A DNA stretch of 64,000 nucleotides from Minisyncoccota bacterium (GCA_035546575.1 DASZWN010000001.1:49082-113081), one strand, 5' to 3'; positions 17,760 to 27,962 are shown, numbered from the stretch's first letter. The notes: generated by a model not told the origin, from the sequence alone. Numbers and translations are program-made.

Positions 17760-17773
17760 CCAGCGCCCTCGGG

Positions 17774-18220
17774 TTAATCCCGAGGGTTCTCTATTGTTAC
17801 CCCTCGCTCCCCTTCTCCTGCATTGTCTGAAGAAAAGGTAATGAGCATGTCTGGCTTGGATAGCATACCTCGGACTTTTTCGGGCCATTCGATACACACC
17901 AAAGCCTTTGGGTCATTAAGAAAAGTTTCGGGCTTGAGTGTGGCAAACTCTTTTGGATCATCGAGTCGATATGCGTCTATGTGTACGAGTTTTTCGAAGC
18001 CTTTGTAGATTATTGGGTACGACTTCATAAGTACGTAGGTTGGGCTTTGCACGGTCTCCTCAACACCAATCGCTTTCGCGAGCGCCTGAGTAAATGTGGT
18101 TTTGCCTGCGCCTAGGTCTCCTGAGAGCGCAATAACCACTGCAGCGTCTTGCTTAGGAGATAGGCTGCCAAGTATTTGTTGCGCAAATGCGGGGAGTTCT
18201 GCGAGCGTAATTTTCTGCAT
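17774..18220 (-). CDS. tsaE: tRNA threonylcarbamoyladenosine biosynthesis ATPase
   Basis: LSGDLGAGKTT, SPTY, HIDAYRL, IEW. Confidence 0.96.
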   Translation of the reverse strand: MQKITLAELPAFAQQILGSLSPKQDAAVVIALSGDLGAGKTTFTQALAKAIGVEETVQSPTYVLMKSYPIIYKGFEKLVHIDAYRLDDPKEFATLKPETFLNDPKALVCIEWPEKVRGMLSKPDMLITFSSDNAGEGERGVTIENPRD

Positions 18221-18246
18221 ACTAGGTAGTGTACAATATATGCATC

Positions 18247-19929
18247 ATGGTGGTCTTTAACGATACCGAAAACGATAAGCGCGTAGACTTTTTGCGCCGC
18301 CGCGAGGAAGAGGAGCTCGCACAAATGCTTGCACCTAAATATGGGGTCGACTATGTCGATCTCTCGCTTGTTGCTGTTAACACCGATGCGCTCCGGCTCA
18401 TTACCGAGGACGAGGCGCGCGATGCAGAAGTGGCTGTGTTCGGCCGCGTCGGGAAGCGCGTTTCAGTAGCAGCACGCGCGCCAGAAAACCCGAAGGTAAA
18501 AGCGATTGTGAGTAAGTTGGCTGATACTGGCTATGAGGTTACGCTTTTTATCACTTCACAGGAGAGTCTTAAGCGGGCATTTACACGCTATGCCGACCTC
18601 TCGTACGCGACTGAGACAAAAGCCGGGGTGTTTGAACTCTCAAACCAGGAGCTCGAAGAGCTGCTTTCAAAGGTAAAGAATCTGAGCGACATCAGCGCAC
18701 TCGTTAAAGAGGCTATCGATCTTAAAAAAGCCTATCGCACGACGCGCATCTTGGAGGTTATCTTAGCAGGCGGCCTTTCAACCGGCGCGTCCGACGTGCA
18801 CTTCGAGCCGGAGGAGGCACAAGTGCGTTTGCGCTACCGCCTCGATGGCGTGCTTGTCGATGTCCTCTCTTTCGATCACGAAACATATCGCCAGGTGCTT
18901 TCTCGCCTCAAACTCCTCTCAGGGCTCAAACTCAATATTAACAACGAGGCGCAAGACGGCCGCTTCTCGATAAAAATTAAAGGCGACGAAATAGAGCTGC
19001 GCACCTCGATCCTCCCCGGCAATTATTCAGAGACTTTGGTGCTCCGCATTCTTAACCCAAAGTCGATCGGCGTACCGCTTGAGGAGCTTGGCCTCGAACC
19101 CGAGCTGCGCGCACGGATCGAGAAAGAAATCGAGAAGCCAAATGGCATGATCCTCAATACCGGTCCGACTGGCTCGGGTAAAACAACCACGCTCTATGCC
19201 TTTTTGCGTAAAGTTAACGCTCCCGGCACAAAGATCATCACTATCGAAGACCCGATTGAATATCACCTACCCGGCATCGTCCAAACCCAGGTAGATAAAA
19301 AGAACTATACGTTCGCGAGCGGCCTGCGCTCAACCCTGCGCCAAGACCCCGACATCATCATGATCGGCGAGATCCGCGACGGGGAGGTTGCCGACACCGC
19401 TATCAACGCGGCGCTTACCGGCCACCTCGTGTTCTCGACCCTGCACACCAACAACGCAGCAGGCACGTTCCCCCGCCTGATCGACCTCGGCGTATCGGAA
19501 AAAATATTGTCCTCCGCAGTAAATGTAGCAATGGCACAGCGCCTCTTGCGCAAGCTGTGTACTGCGTGTCGCAAACAGCGGCCCGCAAATGATATCGAGC
19601 AGAAGGTAATCGACCGTATTTTAGGCGATGTCGTCAACCGGGCATTGATTCCGGCTGAAACGCATGTCATGTATACCGCTTCTCCCGAGGGATGCCCCGA
19701 GTGCGGCGGCCGCGGTTACAAAGGCAGAATCGGTATATATGAAGCCATATTTATGGACTCTGCTATTGAGAAAATATTGCGCGAAAGGCCCTCCGAGCGC
19801 GAGATTGCCGCCGCCGCAAAACCGCAAGGCATACCCACCCTGCAGCAGGACGGAATACTCAAAATGTTGCGGGGTATAACTTCGCTTGACGAACTAAGAC
19901 GCGTCGTCGATATCGACCAAGTGAATTGA
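18247..19929 (+). CDS. pilB: Type IV pilus assembly ATPase (PilB/GspE)
   Basis: [47 protein letters not shown], tetracysteine Zn motif. Confidence 0.93.
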   Translation: MVVFNDTENDKRVDFLRRREEEELAQMLAPKYGVDYVDLSLVAVNTDALRLITEDEARDAEVAVFGRVGKRVSVAARAPENPKVKAIVSKLADTGYEVTLFITSQESLKRAFTRYADLSYATETKAGVFELSNQELEELLSKVKNLSDISALVKEAIDLKKAYRTTRILEVILAGGLSTGASDVHFEPEEAQVRLRYRLDGVLVDVLSFDHETYRQVLSRLKLLSGLKLNINNEAQDGRFSIKIKGDEIELRTSILPGNYSETLVLRILNPKSIGVPLEELGLEPELRARIEKEIEKPNGMILNTGPTGSGKTTTLYAFLRKVNAPGTKIITIEDPIEYHLPGIVQTQVDKKNYTFASGLRSTLRQDPDIIMIGEIRDGEVADTAINAALTGHLVFSTLHTNNAAGTFPRLIDLGVSEKILSSAVNVAMAQRLLRKLCTACRKQRPANDIEQKVIDRILGDVVNRALIPAETHVMYTASPEGCPECGGRGYKGRIGIYEAIFMDSAIEKILRERPSEREIAAAAKPQGIPTLQQDGILKMLRGITSLDELRRVVDIDQVN

Positions 19930-20015
19930 ATCTATTTAAATTGCAAATCGGCGCGCCGATTTGTTGCACGCGTCAACATTGTGCGTGGCTTCTTCGGTAG
20001 TACAATTGAGTGAGA

Positions 20016-20035
20016 CCTGCCTATCGGCAGACAGG
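20016..20035. repeat. Palindromic repeat copy 3 (CCTGCCTATCGGCAGACAGG), intergenic
   Basis: Variant of the 20-bp consensus, abutting the 173-bp inverted-repeat element. Confidence 0.8.
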
Positions 20036-20208
20036 GTTCGAGGGAGAGTATCTCTAAGCAATAAACAATTCGAGCATGTCGAAAGGCGGACACCGCCTCT
20101 GAGGATAACTTCCGTACGCTGGCCCGGAGGCCTGCAACCAAAGTGTCCTTAAAACGGCTCCAAAAACCGGTGAAGGTTTATATTGCTTAGAGATACACTC
20201 ACCCGAAC
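20036..20208. other. 173-bp element with ~31-bp terminal inverted repeats (MITE-like or structured ncRNA such as 6S)
   Basis: GTTCGAGGGAGAGTATCTCTAAGCAATAAAC ... GTTTATATTGCTTAGAGATACACTCACCCGAAC. Confidence 0.65.
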
Positions 20209-20270
20209 GTATAAAAAGAAAACTCCCGAGTACGGAAGTTCTATCTAGAGCCTATCATACTATTGTTTAT

Positions 20271-21326
20271 ATGTCAAGCAACCCCACACAACCCGAAAAA
20301 GAGGACGAGGGCTCTGTTGATGTAGCCCCCGGGGGGGCTAAGACAGAAGACTTTCTCGACCAGACGCTCCGGCCGGCTTCTTGGAGCGAGTATATCGGAC
20401 AAGAAGCGGTCAAAAATAACCTTCATATTTTAATTTCTGCCGCAAAAGAGCGCGGCAATCCGCCCGAACATATCCTTTTTTATGGGCCGCCCGGCCTCGG
20501 CAAGACAACCCTCGCACATTTGATAGCGCGAGAGCTCGGAGGCACGTTGCGCTCGACCTCGGGCCCTGCAATCGAGCGCGTCGGTGACCTGGCGTCGCTG
20601 CTCACCAATCTGCAGCCGGGAGATATTTTATTTATCGACGAGATCCACCGCCTCTCGCATGCGATTGAAGAGGTGCTCTACCCCGCGATGGAGTCGGGCA
20701 TGCTCAACATTATTATCGGCAAGGGGCCGAGCGCTCGCACGCTGGAGCTCCCGCTGCCGCCATTTACGCTCGTCGCTGCCACGACGCGCGTCGCAGATCT
20801 CTCGGCGCCACTGCGCTCGCGCTTTAGTGGCGGCGTCTTTCGTCTGGAATTTTATTCCGATGATGACATTGCCAAGATTGTCGAGCGTTCGGCTAAGATA
20901 CTTGGTGTCGATGTGGAGGAGAGCGGCGTTAAGGAAATCGCAAAGCGCTCGCGCGCAACACCGCGCACCGCCAACTACCTGCTCAAGCGCGCACGCGACT
21001 ACGCACAGCTCAAGCGCACCCCACTCTCAAGCAAAGCGGTTTCCGCGGCGCTTGGCATGCTCGAGGTAGATGAGCTCGGCCTCTCTGCACTCGACCGCAA
21101 GTTACTTACCGTGCTTATCGAGCGCTTTAACGGCGGTCCAGCCGGTGTGAATGCACTCGCTGCAGCACTCGCGGAGGAACCAAACACTATTTCAGAAGTG
21201 CACGAGCCGTTTCTCTTGCAGCTGGGCCTTATTGAGCGCACGCAGCGCGGCCGCGTAGCAACAGCCAAAGCCTACGAGCACCTAGGCTTTGATGTGCCTC
21301 TCAATTTGAATCAGAAGCTGTTGTAA
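20271..21326 (+). CDS. ruvB: Holliday junction branch migration ATPase RuvB
   Basis: LRP..EYIGQ, GPPGLGKTTLA, FIDEIHRL, PFTLVAATT, EPFLLQ.G. Confidence 0.98.
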   Translation: MSSNPTQPEKEDEGSVDVAPGGAKTEDFLDQTLRPASWSEYIGQEAVKNNLHILISAAKERGNPPEHILFYGPPGLGKTTLAHLIARELGGTLRSTSGPAIERVGDLASLLTNLQPGDILFIDEIHRLSHAIEEVLYPAMESGMLNIIIGKGPSARTLELPLPPFTLVAATTRVADLSAPLRSRFSGGVFRLEFYSDDDIAKIVERSAKILGVDVEESGVKEIAKRSRATPRTANYLLKRARDYAQLKRTPLSSKAVSAALGMLEVDELGLSALDRKLLTVLIERFNGGPAGVNALAAALAEEPNTISEVHEPFLLQLGLIERTQRGRVATAKAYEHLGFDVPLNLNQKLL

Positions 21327-21328
21327 CT

Positions 21329-21454
21329 ATGCGGATAAAAGTATTTTTTGCTTGGTATGATTTTTGGGTCGGGTGGTTCTGGGATCGGAACGAAAAAATC
21401 CTATATATCTGTCCTATCCCAATGTGTGTTATTAAAATCTGGAAGGAGGAGTAA
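21329..21454 (+). CDS. 41-aa aromatic-rich small protein (below ORF-track cutoff)
   Basis: MRIKVFFAWYDFWVGWFWDRNEKILYICPIPMCVIKIWKEE*; begins 2 nt after the ruvB stop and fills the gap to yebC. Confidence 0.7.
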   Translation: MRIKVFFAWYDFWVGWFWDRNEKILYICPIPMCVIKIWKEE

Positions 21455-21474
21455 TTGTATAGTAAGGTACTGAC

Positions 21475-22002
21475 ATGGCAGGACACTCTAAATGGGCCAA
21501 ATTAAAACACGTTAAGGGTAAGAGCGACGCACAAAAGGCAAAACTTTTCTCTAAACTCGTGCGCTTTATTTCTATCGAGGCAAAAAAGGCTAAGGGCGAC
21601 CGCACTGCGCCCGGCGTGCGCACTGCTATCGAGAAGGCACGCGCCGCCAATATGCCGGCTGACAATATCGAGCGAGCGCTCGAGAAGGCCTCCCAGAGCG
21701 GCGAGCTTGAGCCGGTTGTGTACGAGTCGTACGGCCCGGGAGGCACCGCGCTGATTATCGAGGGCTATACCGACTCCCGCAACCGCACTGCGCAGGAAAT
21801 AAAAAAGATATTGAGCGACCATGGCACCGCGCTCGCCAACCCGGGCGCCGCATCATGGGCATTCGCTAAAAATGCCGAGGGCAAGCTTGAGCCAATTACC
21901 ACAGTAGAAATATCTGAAGAAGACGGTGGCAAGCTTGAGGCGCTTATTGACGCGCTCGAGGATCATGACGACGTTAACGAAGTCTACACAAACGCTGCTT
22001 AG
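21475..22002 (+). CDS. yebC: YebC/PmpR family protein (short form)
   Basis: MAGHSKWA, YESYGPGG, D.RNRT, LEDHDDVNEVYTN. Confidence 0.95.
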   Translation: MAGHSKWAKLKHVKGKSDAQKAKLFSKLVRFISIEAKKAKGDRTAPGVRTAIEKARAANMPADNIERALEKASQSGELEPVVYESYGPGGTALIIEGYTDSRNRTAQEIKKILSDHGTALANPGAASWAFAKNAEGKLEPITTVEISEEDGGKLEALIDALEDHDDVNEVYTNAA

Positions 22003-22005
22003 CGT

Positions 22006-22476
22006 ATGCGAGTCTTAGCATTTGACCCTGGCTACGAGCGGCTCGGCGCCGCAGTGCTCCAAAAGCAAAACGGAAAAGAGATACTTTTATATTCCGACTG
22101 CATTCGCACACCGGGCAAACTCCCCTTCCCCGAGCGGCTCAAGCTCCTAGGCGCCGCCGTACAAGTAATGATCGAGGAGTATAAGCCAACCGAGGTGGCA
22201 CTTGAGGAAGTGTATTTCGAAAAAAATGCAAAAACCGCCATGCAGATAGCCGAAGTGCGCGGCATGCTCACCTACATAGCCGCATCGCACGGCCTTGTGG
22301 TACACCAATACACGCCGCTTGAGGTCAAGGTTGCCATTACCGGCTACGGTAAGAGCGACAAGTCGGGGGTTGCCATGATGGTGCCTCGACTGATATCGCT
22401 TCCCCAGAAAAAACGCCTCGACGACGAGCTCGATGCCATCGCCGTAGGGCTCACCTGCCTGGCCTCAGTGCGTTGA
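22006..22476 (+). CDS. ruvC: Crossover junction endodeoxyribonuclease RuvC
   Basis: LAFDPGY, VALEEVYF, EVKVAITGYGKSDK, DDELDAIAVGL. Confidence 0.96.
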   Translation: MRVLAFDPGYERLGAAVLQKQNGKEILLYSDCIRTPGKLPFPERLKLLGAAVQVMIEEYKPTEVALEEVYFEKNAKTAMQIAEVRGMLTYIAASHGLVVHQYTPLEVKVAITGYGKSDKSGVAMMVPRLISLPQKKRLDDELDAIAVGLTCLASVR

Positions 22477-22614
22477 TTGCCTAGGAAGTGCAGCCTTTTC
22501 AGGATATCCACACACTCCCTGGATACAATAGGTTGCAAAGATCTCCGCGGGTTGGTACAAATCTCGTATTGGAGAAATTAACCAATTATTAGCAGATTAG
22601 AGTATATAGAAGCC

Positions 22615-22782
22615 ATGCATACAGAGTTTGCGTACGATGAGCACATGATGGAGGAGGATAAGGAGGACACAGAAATCGGTACATTCCTGGCCGGAGACGA
22701 GGAAGAGACTGACGACCTTGAAGACACAGATGGAGACGAGGAAGAAGAGGAAACTGAGGGAGAAGACGAAGAAGAAATATAA
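22615..22782 (+). CDS. 55-aa extremely acidic small protein
   Basis: MHTEFAYDEHMMEEDKEDTEIGTFLAGDEEETDDLEDTDGDEEEEETEGEDEEEI*; stop followed directly by a terminator. Confidence 0.6.
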   Translation: MHTEFAYDEHMMEEDKEDTEIGTFLAGDEEETDDLEDTDGDEEEEETEGEDEEEI

Positions 22783-22783
22783 C

Positions 22784-22824
22784 AAAAAACCCGCCCAAGT
22801 TATTTCAACCTGTGCGGGTTTTTT
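22784..22824. terminator. Bidirectional intrinsic terminator
   Basis: AAAAAACCCGC...GCGGGTTTTTT between the convergent acidic ORF and tyrS. Confidence 0.8.
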
Positions 22825-22825
22825 G

Positions 22826-24040
22826 TTACCTTACTTTTATAAACCGGTTCTTCCCTATTTTGATCGTCGTATTTTTTACTTCCGTATCGATGCTTGGTAT
22901 CTTTTCGCCACTCTCCACGTACGACACGGCACCAGCATCTACCAAGCGACGCAACTCGCTTGTCGATACGCCCGTAACCACCTCGCGCAATTTTCCCGCA
23001 GGTACGCTTGGCATATCCACCGGAGCCTTCCCTGCAAAGAGCGCTTCGGACGCTTCCTTTGCCTTTTGTGCCTCGGCTACTCCATGTACAAGAGCGGTTA
23101 CTTCAAAGGCGAGCTTTTTTTGCGCCGCACGTGTCGATGGGTTTTGGCGCTGCTCTTCCATTGTTTTTTCTATCTCGGCTTTTGCCACGAGCGTCATCTT
23201 TAAGAGGTACTGCTCTACATCTTCATCATGGGTGTTAATCCAAAACTGATATAGCTGAAATGGCGATGTCTTTTTGGGGTCGAGCCATACTGCGTTGCCT
23301 TCGGACTTACCAAACTTTTTGCCATCACGCGTTGTCAGGAGCGGCCACGAAAGCGCATAGGCTGTATCGCCAGTCTTTTTACGAATAAGCTCTGCGCCAG
23401 AAACAATATTCCCCCACTGGTCGGAGCCGCCCACCTGCAAGTCACATCCGTACTTAGTGTGCAGATACAAGTAGTCGTAAGCCTGCAGCAGCATGTAGGA
23501 AAACTCCGTGTACGAAATGCTCGCGTCGGGAGTCTCGAGGCGCGGGCGTACGGAGTCGCGCTTTATCATTTCGTTGACCGTAAAATGCTTGCCGATGTCG
23601 CGCAAAAACTCCATGTAGTTGAGAGAGCGCAGCCAGTCGGCGTTATTAACCATGGTAAACCTGAGCCCGCCCAGGAGCTGGGTAAACTGCTTTTTGAGCG
23701 CGGCCGCATTGGCATCTACCACACTGTCACTCAACAAGTTCCTCTCCGCAGACTTACCGCCCGGGTCTCCAACCATGCCGGTACCGGCACCAACAATGAT
23801 GATGAGCTTGTGTCCGTCTTCAAGGAAGCGGCGCAGCACTAAGATGCCCTGTAGCTGGCCCACGTGCATCGAGTCGGCTGTCGGGTCGACGCCTAGATAC
23901 AGCGTGCGTTTCTTGCCGTCGGTTATCTCCTCAAGCGGCGCAGAGTGCTGATACACGTAACCACGCTCTCGCAATATCTGCGAAAGTGGCCCAGATGTAT
24001 GCGTGGGTAAAGCCTTAGGCGTACGGGAAAAGAAACCCAT
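22826..24040 (-). CDS. tyrS: Tyrosine-tRNA ligase
   Basis: YLGVDPTADSMHVG, QAYD, QVGGSDQWGNI, KFGKS; start taken at MGFFS. Confidence 0.97.
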   Translation of the reverse strand: MGFFSRTPKALPTHTSGPLSQILRERGYVYQHSAPLEEITDGKKRTLYLGVDPTADSMHVGQLQGILVLRRFLEDGHKLIIIVGAGTGMVGDPGGKSAERNLLSDSVVDANAAALKKQFTQLLGGLRFTMVNNADWLRSLNYMEFLRDIGKHFTVNEMIKRDSVRPRLETPDASISYTEFSYMLLQAYDYLYLHTKYGCDLQVGGSDQWGNIVSGAELIRKKTGDTAYALSWPLLTTRDGKKFGKSEGNAVWLDPKKTSPFQLYQFWINTHDEDVEQYLLKMTLVAKAEIEKTMEEQRQNPSTRAAQKKLAFEVTALVHGVAEAQKAKEASEALFAGKAPVDMPSVPAGKLREVVTGVSTSELRRLVDAGAVSYVESGEKIPSIDTEVKNTTIKIGKNRFIKVR

Positions 24041-24086
24041 ATATGGAAATACTGTAGCACACGGCGAGGCGTGATAGAATTGCTGA

Positions 24087-26333
24087 ATGCAGGCTATGCT
24101 CCGTTCGTTTGGTCGCTTTACTAAGCGCCATCTCAAGTCCGCACGCCGCCATTGGCGCGCAATTATGGTATGGGGGTTCGGAGGTCTCTTCCTTTTCTCC
24201 GGCCTATTCCTACTGTGGGCTGCAACGCTCCAGATACCCGATCTGCAGTCGCTTGCAAACCGCAAAGTTGAGCAGTCGCTTAAGATGTACGACCGTACCG
24301 GAACTGTCCTTTTGTACGACCTCCACAACAACCAGCAGCGCACCATTGTTCCCGTTGCTGAAATTTCTCCCAATATTAGTCATGCGGTCATTGCAATAGA
24401 AGACCCGGGGTTCTATCAGCATGGTGGTATCGACCCAAAGGCGATTTTGCGCGCAGTTATCTCGCAGCTCACAGGCGGTCTTTTGCTCACGCGCTCGGGA
24501 GGCTCAACCATTACGCAGCAGGTCGTAAAAGGCTCGATACTCACTAACGACCAGACCATTTCTCGCAAATTTAAAGAGTGGATTCTTGCTATCAAGATGG
24601 AGCAAGTATTCTCGAAAGATCAGATACTCGAGCTCTACCTTAACCAGGTTCCCTTTGGTGGCAGCGTTTACGGAGTTGAGGAAGCTTCGCAAACATTTTT
24701 TGGCAAGCATGCGAGCGACCTCACGCTCCCCGAGTCGGCCTATCTTGCTGCGGTACTCCCCGCCCCCACCTATTACTCGCCATTTGGCAACCATAAAGCA
24801 GCGCTTGATGCGCGTAAAAACCTAGTGCTCGAGAAAATGCACGAGCACGGCTACATTACCGAGAGTGAGATGACTGAAGCCGAGAGTGCACAGGTTACGT
24901 TTGTCACGCCGCCAGACTCCTCAATACAAGCGCCGCACTTTGTATTTTACGTACAACAGTACTTGGAAGATAAATATGGTAGCGACGCGCTTGAGTCTGG
25001 TGGTTGGAAGATTACGACTACGCTTGATGCGGACCTCCAGGTAAAAGCCGAGGAGATTGTAAAGCGCAACGCACTGCTTAACACCGACAAATTTAATGCT
25101 TCGAACGCAGCACTTATTGCGCTCGACCCGCAAAACGGCCAGATACTCTCGATGGTAGGCTCGCGCAACTACTTTGATACGCAAATAGACGGCGCATATA
25201 ACGCTGCGGTTACCGCCCCGGGCCGCCAGCCAGGTTCGGCCTTTAAACCGTTTGCGTATGCAGAGGCGTTTGAAAAGGGTTATACGCCGGATACGGTGCT
25301 GTTTGACGTGCGCACACAATTCTCTACCTCATGCGCAGAAAGCGATATGAGCAATGTGTACCCGTGCTACTCGCCGGTTAACTACGACGACGAGTTCCGC
25401 GGGCCTATGACGCTACGCGACGCCCTTGCCCAATCAATCAATGTACCTGCGGTTAAGGTGCTCTATCTTGCCGGACTTAACGACACGCTCGAGCTCGCAA
25501 AATCGATGGGCATTTCTACTCTCACCGACTCAAACCGCTATGGACTCACCCTAGTGCTCGGAGGCGGCGAGGTGACGCTGCTCGACATGTCGAGTGCCTA
25601 CGGCGTTTTTGCCCAGGACGGCGTTAAGTATCAGCCGGTCTCGGTGCTCAAGATTGAGGACGGCCAAGGCAACGTGATAGAAGACAACTCCGAGCCGGCA
25701 GGAACGCAGATCGTACCAAAGCCAGTCGCCGAGGAGATCAATGATATTCTCTCCGACCCGGTTGCGCGTGCGCCGCTTGGCGAGAATAGTCTCGTGAGCT
25801 TCCCTGGCCGCGACGTTGCGGTAAAAACCGGTACTACCAACGACTACAAAGATGCCTGGACGATCGGTTATACACCAAACTTGGTAGTGGGCGTATGGGC
25901 AGGCAACAACGACAATACGTCGATGGTTAAAAAAGTGTCCGGATTTATCGTGGGCCCTATGTGGCATGAGGTCATGCAATACGAACTCGCTCGTATACCA
26001 AACCAATCATTCAGCCGCAGTGACCAGGGAGGCGGCTATCTCAAGCCAGTACTGCGCGGCATATGGCAAGGAGATGTTTCAACTTTCCAAAACGGCATCG
26101 AGTACGTTAACCAGTCGGTCCACGAGATCCTCAACTGGGTAGACAAAGACAACCCAAACGGCCCGATCCCGGCCGATCCTACGCAAGACTCGCAATACAG
26201 CCGCTGGGAGTATCCTGTGCGCATCTGGGCGCAACAAAACGGCTACGTAGACGGCGTACAAGTGCCCGTCGGCAATGCACCGTCTCAAACCCCTCCACAA
26301 ACAACCCCTACTGCTACTACAACAGGGTTCTAA
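24087..26333 (+). CDS. Class A penicillin-binding protein (transglycosylase/transpeptidase)
   Basis: EDPGFYQHGG, GGSTITQQ, RKFKE, SAFK (SxxK), SIN (SxN), KTG. Confidence 0.96.
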   Translation: MQAMLRSFGRFTKRHLKSARRHWRAIMVWGFGGLFLFSGLFLLWAATLQIPDLQSLANRKVEQSLKMYDRTGTVLLYDLHNNQQRTIVPVAEISPNISHAVIAIEDPGFYQHGGIDPKAILRAVISQLTGGLLLTRSGGSTITQQVVKGSILTNDQTISRKFKEWILAIKMEQVFSKDQILELYLNQVPFGGSVYGVEEASQTFFGKHASDLTLPESAYLAAVLPAPTYYSPFGNHKAALDARKNLVLEKMHEHGYITESEMTEAESAQVTFVTPPDSSIQAPHFVFYVQQYLEDKYGSDALESGGWKITTTLDADLQVKAEEIVKRNALLNTDKFNASNAALIALDPQNGQILSMVGSRNYFDTQIDGAYNAAVTAPGRQPGSAFKPFAYAEAFEKGYTPDTVLFDVRTQFSTSCAESDMSNVYPCYSPVNYDDEFRGPMTLRDALAQSINVPAVKVLYLAGLNDTLELAKSMGISTLTDSNRYGLTLVLGGGEVTLLDMSSAYGVFAQDGVKYQPVSVLKIEDGQGNVIEDNSEPAGTQIVPKPVAEEINDILSDPVARAPLGENSLVSFPGRDVAVKTGTTNDYKDAWTIGYTPNLVVGVWAGNNDNTSMVKKVSGFIVGPMWHEVMQYELARIPNQSFSRSDQGGGYLKPVLRGIWQGDVSTFQNGIEYVNQSVHEILNWVDKDNPNGPIPADPTQDSQYSRWEYPVRIWAQQNGYVDGVQVPVGNAPSQTPPQTTPTATTTGF

Positions 26334-26344
26334 CACTTGGCTTC

Positions 26345-26373
26345 TTGACCGACATTGGTTGAGAATGTATCGT
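26345..26373 (+). promoter_or_regulatory. Sigma70-type promoter
   Basis: TTGACC-N17-TATCGT upstream of orphan gene 26456. Confidence 0.55.
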
Positions 26374-26455
26374 GCTTTAGCTGTTGGATAACCCGAAAGC
26401 TCATGTCGTTCTTTATGCTCGATGTGATTGTTCTTCTCAAACTCTGGAGGTCTTT

Positions 26456-26764
26456 ATGGCCCTTCCTGAATTACATATCACCAATGGCCCTGGTCAACGG
26501 GATTTAGAGCTGGCGTTCCTCGGTCGCAACTTGGGCGCGCAGGTTAAGTTCACTATCTTCACTGATGGTCATGGTCCCCTCGTTGTTGCTTTGGGTATCT
26601 ACAACCTTGACTTCACCACCTGTCAGGGTCCGGTCTACAGACTCGGTGGACAATTGTCGATTGGCGCTGAAGAAAAGAAGAAGCTGCCGCCCTTCAATTG
26701 GGTTTTCCTCGACTACAACGCCGAGACAAAGCGGGGACTAATGAGGTTCTCTAACGCAGAGTAA
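26456..26764 (+). CDS. Hypothetical protein
   Basis: GGAGG SD before MALPELHITNGP; own promoter and terminator. Confidence 0.7.
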   Translation: MALPELHITNGPGQRDLELAFLGRNLGAQVKFTIFTDGHGPLVVALGIYNLDFTTCQGPVYRLGGQLSIGAEEKKKLPPFNWVFLDYNAETKRGLMRFSNAE

Positions 26765-26775
26765 GCATGCGATGT

Positions 26776-26805
26776 AAACCGTCCACCGAAAGGTGGGCGG
26801 TTTTT
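26776..26805. terminator. Intrinsic terminator
   Basis: AAACCGTCCACC-GAAA-GGTGGGCGGTTTTT. Confidence 0.85.
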
Positions 26806-26864
26806 GTATATACTTCAAATTCCGAATCTATCTCAAACTGACTAACTTCACTAAAAAAACAATC

Positions 26865-27962
26865 TTATCGGTTCATTGGCATTGCTAGATAGAAGAAGGA
26901 GTCTTCTGCCGCGTCTTTTACCAAAAGAGGTTTGCCAGGGCCATTGGCGCTCATACGAACACTCTCCCCTGTTATCGCCTGGAGGCTGTCGGCCAAATAG
27001 CGGCCGTTAAAGTTCATCGCCGTTTCCTCGCCCGACACAGTCGCTCGCAGGGTTGAGGTTTGCTCGCCCACGTCTGGGTTGCGAGAGGAGAGCGTTACTA
27101 TTTTTTTGGATGGATCTACTGCAACCGACACCTGTGCAAATTTATCGGCGAATATAGAGAGCGACTTAAGCGCCTGGGCCATATCCTCGCGCAAGACCAC
27201 CGCCTCCGTTATAAACGATTTTGGAACGATCTGGCGGTAGTTTGGGAACGCACCATCGATAAGCCGGCTCGTGTAGTAGACCGAGCCTACATGCGTCGAT
27301 AGCTGATGCTCGTTGTAATACACCTCAACGTCTCCTGTTGCGGTTTCAAGAATGCGATTGAGTTCAACCGCATTACGCGCAGGCAAGAGCATTTGCGGCA
27401 CATTCCCCTGCGAGCGTAGCGGTACCGATTTTTCAGCCAAGCGGAACGAGTCGGTTGCGGCTGCTATAAGTTTGCCCGACTCGGCGTAGAGCAGGATGCT
27501 TTGGAGCTCCGGTTTTATTGCCGATGTGGAGGCACAGTACGCAACACTGCGTATGAGGCGGGCCATATCCGCCGACTTAACTGAAAACGAGGTTGATGCG
27601 GAGACTTGCGGCAATATAGGAAAATCTTCGTGCGGCACAGCTTTTATCGATGCCGCAGCGCGCTCGGTCTCGATCTTGAGCACTCCTCCTGCGAGTGTTG
27701 CAGAAACTGACTTACCGCGCGCGTTTCCTAAAAAGCCCGCGAGTACCGAGCCTGGTATAGCAACTATCCCCTCTTGTGATACTTTTGCCGCAACAGAAAT
27801 CTCTACGCCACACTCAAGATTGGTGGCACGCAGTGTAAGGCGGCCGTTTTCTGCCGCAATCAAAATACTCGCGAGTACCGGAAGGTTTGCTCGCTTCTCC
27901 ACAAAACGCACTGCCAGCGTTACTGCAGTGAAAAGTTGTTCTGTTGTGGATTCGAATTTCAT
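26865..27962 (-). CDS. dnaN: DNA polymerase III beta clamp
   Basis: LRATNLE, ATDSFRLAE, SRLIDGAFPNY, C-terminal LAMPM. Confidence 0.97.
   Translation of the reverse strand: MKFESTTEQLFTAVTLAVRFVEKRANLPVLASILIAAENGRLTLRATNLECGVEISVAAKVSQEGIVAIPGSVLAGFLGNARGKSVSATLAGGVLKIETERAAASIKAVPHEDFPILPQVSASTSFSVKSADMARLIRSVAYCASTSAIKPELQSILLYAESGKLIAAATDSFRLAEKSVPLRSQGNVPQMLLPARNAVELNRILETATGDVEVYYNEHQLSTHVGSVYYTSRLIDGAFPNYRQIVPKSFITEAVVLREDMAQALKSLSIFADKFAQVSVAVDPSKKIVTLSSRNPDVGEQTSTLRATVSGEETAMNFNGRYLADSLQAITGESVRMSANGPGKPLLVKDAAEDSFFYLAMPMNR

Noticed and set aside
22589-22798. Minus-strand Phe/Leu-rich ORFs and the plus-strand Lys/Arg-rich frame
   Set aside because: Alternative frames of the GA-rich acidic ORF 22615-22782, which best fits the start, stop and terminator.
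24041-24373. Long N-terminal extension of TyrS
   Set aside because: Overlaps the divergent PBP gene and has no synthetase features; start placed at 24040.
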